Virus record (IMG/VR): IMGVR_UViG_3300047382_000480
Location: 1-64,000 of that record
DNA from: a virus
DNA: 64,000 nucleotides
Reading direction: 5' to 3' (one strand)
Both the position numbers and the translations under genes were made by a program. The notes under the pieces were generated by a model, which did no database searches, had not been told where the DNA came from, and worked only from the letters and a program-made list of their open reading frames with translations. Each line of letters starts with the position of its first letter. Within the stretch, counting starts at the first letter, position 1. Positions 19,551-28,913 of the stretch are shown here, piece after piece.

Positions 19551-19918
19551 TATAGTTTCCTTAATTCGTCTAATATGTTGGCATCTAGCGGAATATCTGA
19601 ATATTCATTTGAGCCTATTGTTTCCAGTGGTACTCTATTTAAGTAAACTAGAAACGATTTTAAAATAGCAAAATGTTCTGGGTCTGTTTTATAAAACAAC
19701 AGTTCAGTTGCATTAGTCCCAAAAACATTGTACAAAACTATTAGGTGGTTAATGATCAATCTTTCACTTAAAACACCATTCTTCTCATAGCGACGAAAAA
19801 GACGTTTGAGATACTTGAATCTATTCAAGTCTTCTTCTAAGTCTTCCATTCCCTCGCATTGAGGGTTATTGTATTTTTTTATAGCATAGATCAAAAAATT
19901 TGATTCAGTCAATTCCAT
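19550..19918 (-). CDS. Hypothetical T4-like phage protein
   Basis: ELTESNF..YA.K.YNNPQC...RFKYLKRL...RLIINH. Confidence 0.75.
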   Translation of the reverse strand: MELTESNFLIYAIKKYNNPQCEGMEDLEEDLNRFKYLKRLFRRYEKNGVLSERLIINHLIVLYNVFGTNATELLFYKTDPEHFAILKSFLVYLNRVPLETIGSNEYSDIPLDANILDELRKL

Positions 19919-19934
19919 ATTATATTTTTTTCTT

Positions 19935-20390
19935 TTAGTTGGTAACTGCAGCAGTGCCTCCAACGACCCACCACTTCTGATTTAAGTACATCAAAGTAGC
20001 AGTATCACCTTGCCCATCGAATACAACTGTGTCGTGCCCAAGATCAGTATCGTCTAAGGTCAACGTGTTATTAGTTGTATTCGCTACCATCACAATAAAT
20101 TTAATTTGCCCTTCAATTCCAGGAGCAATAGTCAATGTTCCCGATGCTGCTGGGCTGACTAGAACTGTAACAGTCTTAGTAACAGAAACAGCACCAGCAC
20201 CACTAATAACTTCACGATTTGCAGTTTCATCAAAAGTGAGTGTTGAGCCTAGTTTGACTGGAGTGTCAACGTCAGCAAACAGATTTGCTATTGATAACTT
20301 TTGACTCGCGCCACCCTTGACCAGATATAAGTTATCGGCAGGGGCAGCACTAGTCGCAGCAGTTAATTCACTTAGTTTTTGATCAGCCAT
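19935..20390 (-). CDS. Putative virion structural/fiber-like protein
   Basis: MADQKLSEL start typical of phage fiber proteins; T/A/G-rich beta composition. Confidence 0.6.
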   Translation of the reverse strand: MADQKLSELTAATSAAPADNLYLVKGGASQKLSIANLFADVDTPVKLGSTLTFDETANREVISGAGAVSVTKTVTVLVSPAASGTLTIAPGIEGQIKFIVMVANTTNNTLTLDDTDLGHDTVVFDGQGDTATLMYLNQKWWVVGGTAAVTN

Positions 20391-20412
20391 TATTCAGAGT
20401 CCTCAGTTACGA

Positions 20413-21204
20413 TTAAGAATCTGGGAATTCAGTATCTTCAGCATCACCCATTGTTGAAGCAGAACCATCTGCTAGAGCAACAAGTGTTTCGTATTGCTTG
20501 CGTTCAGTAACGCCATCAACAGCGAATGTCAAAGCAGCAGCACCACCGCCACCAAGTTGCGCATCAGCAACTGTAACAACTTCATTGTTGGCAAAACCTG
20601 TTCCTGGATTCAATACAGTTACAGTTGCAGCACCAGTTGATGGAGCAACAACAATTTGGAACCTAGCACCAACGCCATTTGAAGCAGTTGAGTACATGCT
20701 TGGGTCTAGGATGTAAGTTCCTGCAGCACGATCAGTATCAGCTGCACCGATTGTATCAACAGCAGCAATACGACCTGATGCTACAGTTTTAACATTAACC
20801 CATCCTGTTTGAGCAATACCTTTACCATCGGCAGTTGCAGCAGCAACCTCCGCTTGATCAACACCAAAAATAGTTTCAGAAGAAACTCCTGATGTACTAT
20901 TGGCTTTGATCATACCGCTTGGCTTTTCACTTAGAGTGAAGTTTTCACCATCACTAATTGCTGACAATGATGGTGTATTGGATGTATCTGCATCTACTAC
21001 AGTACATGCTGTATTGGAAGCAATAGCTGTGATTCTAAAGTCAATAGAATTGGCAGTGAGAATATCACCGACTGCAGCTTCCGTTGTGAAGGCAGTTCCT
21101 GTCCCTGTCACAGCTCCAGGTGTTTGTAAATTGGTAATGGATGACCTATACCAAGCAATTGTGCCTGTTGACGTTTTATCGTCTTTTATTCCCCAACCTG
21201 ACAT
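20413..21204 (-). CDS. Putative virion structural protein
   Basis: VTGTGTAFT, T/A/G-rich; late promoter upstream. Confidence 0.65.
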   Translation of the reverse strand: MSGWGIKDDKTSTGTIAWYRSSITNLQTPGAVTGTGTAFTTEAAVGDILTANSIDFRITAIASNTACTVVDADTSNTPSLSAISDGENFTLSEKPSGMIKANSTSGVSSETIFGVDQAEVAAATADGKGIAQTGWVNVKTVASGRIAAVDTIGAADTDRAAGTYILDPSMYSTASNGVGARFQIVVAPSTGAATVTVLNPGTGFANNEVVTVADAQLGGGGAAALTFAVDGVTERKQYETLVALADGSASTMGDAEDTEFPDS

Positions 21205-21245
21205 TTTTTTCTCTCCTAAAATTGAGTGTTTTGTTTAATTCTTTC

Positions 21246-21253
21246 TATTTATA
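21246..21253 (-). promoter_or_regulatory. T4-type late promoter
   Basis: TATAAATA. Confidence 0.7.
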
Positions 21254-21256
21254 CAT

Positions 21257-22813
21257 TTATTTAAGATGACTTTGAAATGAATCGTGTGAGTCATGCGCAC
21301 TATGCATCTTCTCTTTATCAGCAGGTTTCGCTTTCATATATTTAGACATATATTTATGAGCGTCTGCCTTACTTACATTGTGAGAAGATCCATCTTTAAA
21401 TTTAACTGGCTTGTCTATTGTTACAGCTTTGCGTAGTTGCATAACTATATGACCGCCATGATCGTCTTTCTTTACGGCAGGTTTTGCAGGCGTTGAGTCC
21501 TTTTTAGTTGGAGCCAAACCCCTAGAATCAGCACGAGCATCCCTTTTTGCGTCTGCTGCTGCACTTTCTTTCTGTGCTGCTTGATAACCCTTATCAGTTT
21601 CCTTTTCTTGACGAGCCTTCATATTTGAAAGACGTTGCAGTTTTCGTTGCGTCTTTGCTCGCATTTCTTCAGAATCACTCGCCATATCTTCGTTAACACC
21701 ATGGACTGTGTACTTACCACCAACTTTATCTACCTTTTGCGCCTTCATGGCATGTGCTTTAGCTTTGTCAGATGTCATTGGTTTTGAGGAATTTACATGT
21801 TTACCCTTGCTGTCAGTATATTTTACAACATGGGTTGCGTCTTCGTTTGCAGTCTTCAATGCCTTTTGGGCTCCAGGATGGTTAGATAATCCTTTTTTGA
21901 TTTTCTCCATCTTTTTCACAGCACCAGTCATATCACCACCCTTGTGGCGTTTATCAAAGGCGATACCTTTAGCCATTTTGACTTGCTTGCCTGTGATATA
22001 TTCTTTGATGTCTGCTTCTTCTTTTGCCTTTTTCTTTTTTCCGTAACCTTCTTCAATTGATTCGTCTTTTGCTTTATGAGACGCATCAACTTTATTGAAA
22101 AATTCTTTCTTTTCGTCGTCCGACATATCTTTGAGAGACTTACCTGCTTTCTTCAGCATTGCGTCGAATTTGGCTTTGTATCCATCTTTGGCAGATGCTT
22201 TCATCATACCATACTCATCTAGTGAGTCTTCAACAACACTAGCATTTTTGCCGTGCTTCACAACATATTTTCCAGAAACGTCTTTGTGTGCAACACCTTT
22301 GGTTTTCTTAGCATGAATATCTGCAGTTTTCTTATCAAAGGTTCCAGCATTATGGTAATCTTGACCTTTCTCGCCTTTAGCACCAACATAGTTTTGTTCT
22401 TCAACTTCTTCTCGGCTATCCTTACCAATCATAGACCAACCTTGTTTTTTCATTCGGTCAGCAGTGGCGCCATCAACCTTACGTTGGAAAGAACCCTTCT
22501 TCATAACATAGATTTCTTCGCCTTCGACGATAGTTTCTTCAGTTTGATAGCGAGTTTTTTGAGTATGTTGTTTTGCCTTTTGGAAGACTTGACTGTCACC
22601 AGTAACGATGTAAAGCATAGATTGCATTACTTTGTTTACTGCTTCTCTTTCTTGTGGGTTCAATGCTTTACCAGATTGCATTTTATCCAACCCTCTATGT
22701 AACATAGGGAGTTGTGAAGAAGGAAGCATTCCTTGACGCACGAGCTGATCTAACTTTTTGTAATCTGCAGCTTCAGCAAGTAACTTTTCTCGGATTTCTT
22801 TCTCAAGTGACAT
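21257..22813 (-). CDS. Lys/Glu-rich modular late protein, putative internal head protein
   Basis: 518 aa; late promoter; many (I/L/V)xE sites separating basic modules. Confidence 0.6.
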   Translation of the reverse strand: MSLEKEIREKLLAEAADYKKLDQLVRQGMLPSSQLPMLHRGLDKMQSGKALNPQEREAVNKVMQSMLYIVTGDSQVFQKAKQHTQKTRYQTEETIVEGEEIYVMKKGSFQRKVDGATADRMKKQGWSMIGKDSREEVEEQNYVGAKGEKGQDYHNAGTFDKKTADIHAKKTKGVAHKDVSGKYVVKHGKNASVVEDSLDEYGMMKASAKDGYKAKFDAMLKKAGKSLKDMSDDEKKEFFNKVDASHKAKDESIEEGYGKKKKAKEEADIKEYITGKQVKMAKGIAFDKRHKGGDMTGAVKKMEKIKKGLSNHPGAQKALKTANEDATHVVKYTDSKGKHVNSSKPMTSDKAKAHAMKAQKVDKVGGKYTVHGVNEDMASDSEEMRAKTQRKLQRLSNMKARQEKETDKGYQAAQKESAAADAKRDARADSRGLAPTKKDSTPAKPAVKKDDHGGHIVMQLRKAVTIDKPVKFKDGSSHNVSKADAHKYMSKYMKAKPADKEKMHSAHDSHDSFQSHLK

Positions 22814-22850
22814 TATAGTAATCTCCTAGGATAATTCTTTTTATAATTAT

Positions 22851-22858
22851 TATTTATA
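22851..22858 (-). promoter_or_regulatory. T4-type late promoter
   Basis: TATAAATA. Confidence 0.7.
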
Positions 22859-22893
22859 AACTCAACTTCTTCCACTTATACTTATACGCATAA

Positions 22894-22922
22894 AGAAAAA
22901 GCCCCATAAGGGGCTTCTTTTT
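22894..22922. terminator. Intrinsic terminator, possibly bidirectional
   Basis: AAGCCCC-ATAA-GGGGCTT stem flanked by A and T tracts. Confidence 0.75.
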
Positions 22923-22946
22923 GGTTCAATCAAACATTTAAATGTA

Positions 22947-23540
22947 CTAATCTGCGACCTTTGAGGTAGACCATTGACGACAAGACCAATAACCTGCTGT
23001 AGTCTTATCCTTCTTATTAGCACAATCGTGTCTTGCTCTAAAGTTTGCTCGTCTTCCTGGATCGTCTCGTTTGATTTCCATATTAGGATCACCGAAACGA
23101 ACTACTTTAATTTTCTTGGTTGATGGATCGCGAACATACACTTTGAATTTTTTATTTGGGTTTTCAGAAGTTCGGATAATTTTATTTAATTTAACACCTT
23201 TCTTTTCTCCGTCTTCCATAATGATCGCATCTTCTATATCCAACACTTCATCAAGATGTGAGCAATCATCGCAGCAAGAATCTTCCAAAACCATATTATC
23301 ATCATACTCAGTGTGGGCAAGATCAGTATCGTGATTCAAACCACCTTTTTTCTTTTTGGTGATGAATGCGTTTACACGAGCATGTCCCCATTGTTGTGGA
23401 GTAGTTCCTGGTCGGTGACCAGTCTTCCATGCAGCCATACCTCGATTGTAAACTTTACGCAATGTAGAAACTGAGATACCTGATTTCTTTGCTTTATCAG
23501 CTAACGCACCTTCAATTAAATGATCTTTAAAATTGTTCAT
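22947..23540 (-). CDS. Two-module basic protein, putative internal head protein
   Basis: MNNFKDHLIE start; modules KAKKSGIS...QQWGHARVN and KKFKVYV...FRARHDC...AGYWSC. Confidence 0.65.
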   Translation of the reverse strand: MNNFKDHLIEGALADKAKKSGISVSTLRKVYNRGMAAWKTGHRPGTTPQQWGHARVNAFITKKKKGGLNHDTDLAHTEYDDNMVLEDSCCDDCSHLDEVLDIEDAIIMEDGEKKGVKLNKIIRTSENPNKKFKVYVRDPSTKKIKVVRFGDPNMEIKRDDPGRRANFRARHDCANKKDKTTAGYWSCRQWSTSKVAD

Positions 23541-26044
23541 TTCTTTGCCTTTTTGATCTTAAATTTCTTTGCTTTATATTTAGAAACACTACCGCCCTTC
23601 TTAACAGAAAACTTCTTCGCTTTCTGAGAGGTCATTGTTCCACGTTTGTTTTTAAGACGATTCAATTCAACCTTGCGCACCTGAGGTATAAGCCTCACAG
23701 CGATACGAGAAATAAGGGGTTGGAACCTTTTAATCATAGTTTCTAGTCTTGCCTTTTCTGCTGGTGGAAGACCTGCCTTATCTCTTCCGCGAAGAAGACG
23801 CTTATACATCATATTTCTAGCACCACGAGTAGCACGCATTTTAATACGAGTGTTACCGCCTGCACGTTTCGATGCACGAATGCGTGCGAGTTTTAATTTC
23901 GTTTTGTTTCTTCTTGCAGCCTGACGACGTTTAATTCTTCCCAGAGGTGTTAATGCTTCTGTGACTTGAATGTCATCTTCGTAATTACCTTCTTCGTCAT
24001 CTACCTCTACTTCTACCACTTCATCGGGTTCTAATATTCCAAGGTCTACCATATCATCAATCGTGACGTTGTCTGCCTGAAGCATCATATCTCGTATATC
24101 TTTTTCAGTCAATGCAGTGTCCATTGGCTCAGCGACAATTGGTTTTCCATTATCCTCTAGATTCTCAAGAATACCTGCGTACAAATTATTCACGTGTTCT
24201 ATTGCATCAGCAACACTTTCTCTGACAATGTATCCATCTCCGCGATCTTTATACCCCTCGGGAATGTCGACACACGCTTTACGTTGTCTACAGTAATACT
24301 TACCTTCGCCACACATTATACCATCTTCTTCGCAGATACTTTTCTCGTCTACTCTATAATGTCTTTTTGAGGATGTTTTATTTTTCTTAGTAGTTTTTCC
24401 TGGCTCTCCTGGAGTCATCGCTTTCATATATGCAGTAGCTTCAGGAGTTCCTCGTTCGTACTTGGCTTCTTCACCTAATAGGTCGACTGCCTGTTTACCA
24501 AGAATCTTTGTATTGAATTTGTTTGTCAAATTAAACTTGCGAAGTAGTTTTCCTGCATAAAAATACACATCATGCCTTGCTCTACCGCCTCGACTTTTTT
24601 TATCTTTCTTATAGTCGTCAAGAACTGATTTAGCCATTTGAGCATATTTGTCTTTATAGATCGTCTTGGATTTAACGATATCTGACATTGAAACTTCATC
24701 TAAGGAAGTTGATCTAGGAAGTTCGTTCTCGTCAATTTTAATCTTATCGAATACTTTGGTATCTTTCACACGTTGTTTCGAGACACGTTTCTGTACGTTG
24801 CGAAGTTTACCTATTTTGGGTAGAGCCATTGGGTCTTTCTTAGTCTTTGGATCAACCAAGACATCTTCTACCTTTTCTTTAACATCTTTCTTGTCGTGGA
24901 CGTAACCGAGTTTGTCGAGTCTAACGTGGTCTGCATACCTTTTCGCCATGATACCCTTTCCAGTCTTTGGGTGGTACATCATGTGTGGCTCAAACCCTTC
25001 TTCGTCCATCATACGTTGAACAAACTTTGTATACTTTGAAGGTTTAGTCTTCGCAGTTGCATCTCCAGGTGCTGGTTTATATGCCTTTGGATTACTATCA
25101 GACATTTTCGATTGGCGTTTGAATTGTGCATCCCGCTTTTGTTTGGTAGATTTACTCAAACCTGCGTGGTACTTGGCAGGTTGACTGCCTTTCCTCTTAG
25201 CGATATCGTTATCCTGTCTTACTTCTGTTTTCTCATCCATAGCATCCAACTTTGCTGCGACTGCCATTTGGCGTCGTTTCTTTTTATTCTTACCCTTGAA
25301 TTGTGGTGCATCAGACTTCTGGAAATCATCAATCCACTTACCCATTGAATCAGATGCGTCTAATTTTTCATTCATTCTGTTTCTAGAAGACTTTTGATCA
25401 GATATCCACTTCTTAGCAATATGTGATTGTATAGGTGAGTCAACAAACCTCTTAACATTTCTATATGCTTGTAACATATTAGCTTCTGTGTTTACGTTAT
25501 CACTGTTATCAACGATAAACATATTTTCTTTGAAGATCTGTTGAAATGCGCCCATATTATTCTGAACACCTTTCCACATCATTGTTACTTTTTCATCTGG
25601 GAGTTGTCTTGGTCTTTTTCTATTTCGTTCAATTGCAGTTTCTTTATCAGTATTTACAAATACTATCGCAGTATCATAGCCAAGACTCTTTAGTTTTTCG
25701 TTTTGGGTTTTAATCTTTGCGAGATTTTTACCAGTTCCGTCAATGACAAGACCCAAACGACCTTTTACAGCAATCTTTTGTTGAAGAGCAGTCAGTGCTT
25801 TAGCTGTATTTCTTATTTGCTGACCTCTAGGAGAATATATATTTTCTGGAGTTGGCGTCATCGCCTCTCTAGCAAGCAAGGTTTCAAAAAAGTTGTCTGA
25901 ATTTATCAGCTTCAAACCTTGTGCTTGTAATGCAGTATTACCAACAACAAAAGACTTACCGCTTCCAGGACCACCTGCAAGGAATACTGCCTTGAAAATG
26001 GCTGGGTCGTTTACGCCTTCTGAAATGAAGTCCTTAAACTCCAT
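23537..26044 (-). CDS. Large modular protein with N-terminal P-loop kinase domain (zeta-toxin/AAA_33-like)
   Basis: Start MEFKDFISE after GGAG SD; KAVFLAGGPGSGKS Walker A, INSD, LVIDGT, RNRKRPR lid; then basic modules. Confidence 0.7.
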   Translation of the reverse strand: MEFKDFISEGVNDPAIFKAVFLAGGPGSGKSFVVGNTALQAQGLKLINSDNFFETLLAREAMTPTPENIYSPRGQQIRNTAKALTALQQKIAVKGRLGLVIDGTGKNLAKIKTQNEKLKSLGYDTAIVFVNTDKETAIERNRKRPRQLPDEKVTMMWKGVQNNMGAFQQIFKENMFIVDNSDNVNTEANMLQAYRNVKRFVDSPIQSHIAKKWISDQKSSRNRMNEKLDASDSMGKWIDDFQKSDAPQFKGKNKKKRRQMAVAAKLDAMDEKTEVRQDNDIAKRKGSQPAKYHAGLSKSTKQKRDAQFKRQSKMSDSNPKAYKPAPGDATAKTKPSKYTKFVQRMMDEEGFEPHMMYHPKTGKGIMAKRYADHVRLDKLGYVHDKKDVKEKVEDVLVDPKTKKDPMALPKIGKLRNVQKRVSKQRVKDTKVFDKIKIDENELPRSTSLDEVSMSDIVKSKTIYKDKYAQMAKSVLDDYKKDKKSRGGRARHDVYFYAGKLLRKFNLTNKFNTKILGKQAVDLLGEEAKYERGTPEATAYMKAMTPGEPGKTTKKNKTSSKRHYRVDEKSICEEDGIMCGEGKYYCRQRKACVDIPEGYKDRGDGYIVRESVADAIEHVNNLYAGILENLEDNGKPIVAEPMDTALTEKDIRDMMLQADNVTIDDMVDLGILEPDEVVEVEVDDEEGNYEDDIQVTEALTPLGRIKRRQAARRNKTKLKLARIRASKRAGGNTRIKMRATRGARNMMYKRLLRGRDKAGLPPAEKARLETMIKRFQPLISRIAVRLIPQVRKVELNRLKNKRGTMTSQKAKKFSVKKGGSVSKYKAKKFKIKKAKK

Positions 26045-26333
26045 GACTATCTCTCCACCTTTGAACATCTTTCTTAGCATCATTGACAGTTTTGTATGCT
26101 GTAACAGGATGTCTGGGTCTAAATGATGGAGGATGATTATCAAAAATTGTAGGCATCACTTTCTGACTACCATCTCTGTTCTTACGAGTACTATCCATAC
26201 CAGACATACGAATCTCAAACTTACCATCTGACGTCACGTGCTTGTAAATCATCCTACGTGCACTGTCGTATCCATCTGGTTTTTTGATCCAAGTGATTCT
26301 GGATTCTTCTAAGTAAGTTTTAAATGGCTTCAT
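26034..26333 (-). CDS. Small basic late protein, putative internal protein
   Basis: MKPFKTYLEE start; TATAAATA at 26339-26346. Confidence 0.65.
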   Translation of the reverse strand: MKPFKTYLEESRITWIKKPDGYDSARRMIYKHVTSDGKFEIRMSGMDSTRKNRDGSQKVMPTIFDNHPPSFRPRHPVTAYKTVNDAKKDVQRWRDSHGV

Positions 26334-26338
26334 AGTCT

Positions 26339-26346
26339 TATTTATA
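26339..26346 (-). promoter_or_regulatory. T4-type late promoter
   Basis: TATAAATA. Confidence 0.7.
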
Positions 26347-26347
26347 A

Positions 26348-26812
26348 TTATTCGGGAAGTCCAACACTGTATTGAGTCTTTCCGTCAACACGCTGAGCAG
26401 TTAGGCATTGTTTACGATTATCTTCTGGGCTTACATAAGAAACGTGAACCCACCCTGAAGAAGGATCGCCCTCAGTATAAAATTCGGAAATGAGTTGATC
26501 AAACTCTAGATTGTCTCGGATCCATTGAGCAACAACTAAATTATCTGCTTTGTCGCATTCAATATCAACCGCTTGACCTTTACTATGTTGAGAACGAGGA
26601 GAACCACCGATAGCTTCATTTAGTGCAGGAGAACGATACCCTGAGTTGATACGAGTTATGCCAAACTCATCTCTGACGTGTTGTACTACCTGTGTGAACA
26701 ACTCCTGTGCAGCACGCATATGCTCGCCTTCTGGAGTATTATCGATACCCAAACGAGTTGCAGTCTGTGACTTTGTAAACTCTTTAAGTGAGAAATTTTT
26801 ACTTAGTTTCAT
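26348..26812 (-). CDS. Peptidase M15A-family endolysin candidate
   Basis: LSKNFSLKEF, INSGYRS, SQHSKGQAVD, WVHVS Zn ligands. Confidence 0.85.
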   Translation of the reverse strand: MKLSKNFSLKEFTKSQTATRLGIDNTPEGEHMRAAQELFTQVVQHVRDEFGITRINSGYRSPALNEAIGGSPRSQHSKGQAVDIECDKADNLVVAQWIRDNLEFDQLISEFYTEGDPSSGWVHVSYVSPEDNRKQCLTAQRVDGKTQYSVGLPE

Positions 26813-26814
26813 TA

Positions 26815-27402
26815 TTATTCCTTGATATATTGTGAAAATGATACATACGTTTCTTTCAATTGCATCCCATCTCGGACATCATTGAACAATTCTTTCGCTC
26901 CACGATATCCAGCAGGTAATCCACGCTTAAATCCGTTGAAGTCATTATTCTTTGCTAGGAGTCTCATCTTACTTGCACTCATACCAGTAACGCCATCAGC
27001 ATCAGGATCTCTCTCACCCGCAGATACAACTTTTACAGTCTTGAATGTGAAATCTTTTCCGTTGTATTTATCGAGCAATCGTTGGAAATCAGGTACGCGA
27101 TCAGAACCAGCAATCATTATTACATTATCATACTTGCCAGTCAACAATTTAAGTTGAGAGATGAAATTAGGATTCATTTTATCTGATAATTTAAAATTAG
27201 TATTTGGGAACATACCCTTTAGATGTTTCAACTTTAGTTTCGGATCTAGTGGGTTTTTATTTTTGTCAAAAGAGTGGCTGGCGATAATAAGGTGGTCTGC
27301 GCGATTAGTCGTTGCAACACGCTTTACCTTTGATACAAGTTTACCATGCCCAACTGTGGGAGGATTCATCCTACCAAATGCAAATACTAATGTTTTACTC
27401 AT
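26815..27402 (-). CDS. Cytidylyltransferase-like (HxGH-superfamily) nucleotidyltransferase
   Basis: FGRMNPPTVGH, KNPL, AGSDR, GMSASKMR. Confidence 0.85.
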   Translation of the reverse strand: MSKTLVFAFGRMNPPTVGHGKLVSKVKRVATTNRADHLIIASHSFDKNKNPLDPKLKLKHLKGMFPNTNFKLSDKMNPNFISQLKLLTGKYDNVIMIAGSDRVPDFQRLLDKYNGKDFTFKTVKVVSAGERDPDADGVTGMSASKMRLLAKNNDFNGFKRGLPAGYRGAKELFNDVRDGMQLKETYVSFSQYIKE

Positions 27403-28643
27403 CTGTCCCATGCCTTTATAGCTGTGAAGTTGTTGAAGCTGAATTCCATTCTGTCTACAAGTTTGACCGCATTACCGCCCACACGATCAATAGCAACATA
27501 CCCCTCTGGATTTGTGACCTTGAAACCATTTGAAGTTCTAATAAATGTTCCCATACCCTTTACGCTGTCTAATTTTGTAACAATCATATTTTTGGCTTGA
27601 ACAATACCAGACATGAATTCAAATATATTTCCAAGTAATTCTTGATATTCATTAGCAAGTTTAATTGCAGCTTCTTTCTTATCAGAAAGTGCCTTTTGCG
27701 ATTTCTCGGTTTTTAATTTGGCGATTTCTTTATCATACTTGTCGGCAACAAACGCTGAGTACCCTGAAGCGTGAGATCTTTTCAAATCTTTTTGTTGTCT
27801 GACTTTAGAGTTTATATATGTCTTCACGCTCGCTCCAAGCATCTTACCAGTAAACCCTGCTTGATAGCGTAGAAATGAATTTAGTTTCGCGGAGTCTATT
27901 TTTCTGAATGTAGTGCCAACACCAGAAAGAACTGCAGTAATTGAAGCAGTTTCTGTTTGAGTGAAGGTTGCTTTACCAGATACATCTTTGTATGTTGCAT
28001 CGTCCATCCAGATAGAAGGAGATTTACGAAGATTGTTTATATTAGCACCAAACGATGCTTGCATTTCTGGTAGAGAGCGTCCAGAATATGACGTGTGCCA
28101 AACTACACCAATCTTTGCTTTTTTAATCTTGACGTCAAGTGGCGTTCCCTGAGGAACTGCATAGACGATTGTGTTAGGTTGGAAAGTTGTGTGACGTTGC
28201 CCATCAATCATATCGGACTCTAGATCACTTGATGTAAACATCAAATCACCTTGGAGAACATTAGTAATGCCCAACTTCGAGAACTCTCGAAGGGCAATAC
28301 TGAATTTGGGTTTCAGAGACGCAGGTAGTTTTGGGTCAGAAGAAATATCTGATTGCGTCTTATAAAGGAGTGGAGTTTTATTGAAAACTGATTTTTTAGC
28401 GACAAAAAATTTGCCGTCAGAAGGATCTATCCCTGCAAAAATGGCTGGTGCGCCATCCCACTTAACTGTCATGTTAATAGAGGATCGCGAATGACCAGCC
28501 AACATATCTCTGAGGGATCTGATGAAATTGATAGAACCTCTCGCCCCACCAATGCCATGATTGAGGATTTCGTCCTCAATATGCTCTAGATGCAGATTCT
28601 TTCCTTGTGCATCTTCATTCAGAAATGTCCTCAGACTTCGCAT
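27399..28643 (-). CDS. Phage protein with ligase/nucleotidyltransferase-like motifs (DUF6267-like)
   Basis: NLHLEHIED, TVKWDGAPA, QGDLMF, PEGYVA, KLVDRMEFS; MRSLRTFLNE start. Confidence 0.7.
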   Translation of the reverse strand: MRSLRTFLNEDAQGKNLHLEHIEDEILNHGIGGARGSINFIRSLRDMLAGHSRSSINMTVKWDGAPAIFAGIDPSDGKFFVAKKSVFNKTPLLYKTQSDISSDPKLPASLKPKFSIALREFSKLGITNVLQGDLMFTSSDLESDMIDGQRHTTFQPNTIVYAVPQGTPLDVKIKKAKIGVVWHTSYSGRSLPEMQASFGANINNLRKSPSIWMDDATYKDVSGKATFTQTETASITAVLSGVGTTFRKIDSAKLNSFLRYQAGFTGKMLGASVKTYINSKVRQQKDLKRSHASGYSAFVADKYDKEIAKLKTEKSQKALSDKKEAAIKLANEYQELLGNIFEFMSGIVQAKNMIVTKLDSVKGMGTFIRTSNGFKVTNPEGYVAIDRVGGNAVKLVDRMEFSFNNFTAIKAWDR

Positions 28644-28893
28644 TATTTTTTACACTCTTTTTTAATTTGTTAATTTCTTTATTCTTATGACTCAATTCTT
28701 CTTGAGCATTAATTAACGCTTCGTTTAACTCTTGGTTCGCTTTAAGAAGTTCGTTGTATTTATTTGCAATAACTTTACCTTGAGCCAACGCACCAAGTCT
28801 TTCCTTTGTCAAAGATGTGATGAGTGATGAAAGCATCTCTTCATATTCTACGTTTATCTCACCTTCAAGAGGATTTGTTTTTTCTTCAGCCAT
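28615..28893 (-). CDS. Small coiled-coil protein
   Basis: 92 aa; late promoter at 28906-28913. Confidence 0.6.
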   Translation of the reverse strand: MAEEKTNPLEGEINVEYEEMLSSLITSLTKERLGALAQGKVIANKYNELLKANQELNEALINAQEELSHKNKEINKLKKSVKNNAKSEDISE

Positions 28894-28905
28894 TATCTTA
28901 TCCTA

Positions 28906-28913
28906 TATTTATA
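28906..28913 (-). promoter_or_regulatory. T4-type late promoter
   Basis: TATAAATA. Confidence 0.65.

Noticed and set aside
26045-26143. Extended N-terminus of the 868 aa ORF given in the track
   Set aside because: Overlaps the upstream gene; ATG at 26044 has a GGAG SD and gives the shared MxFKxFxxE start
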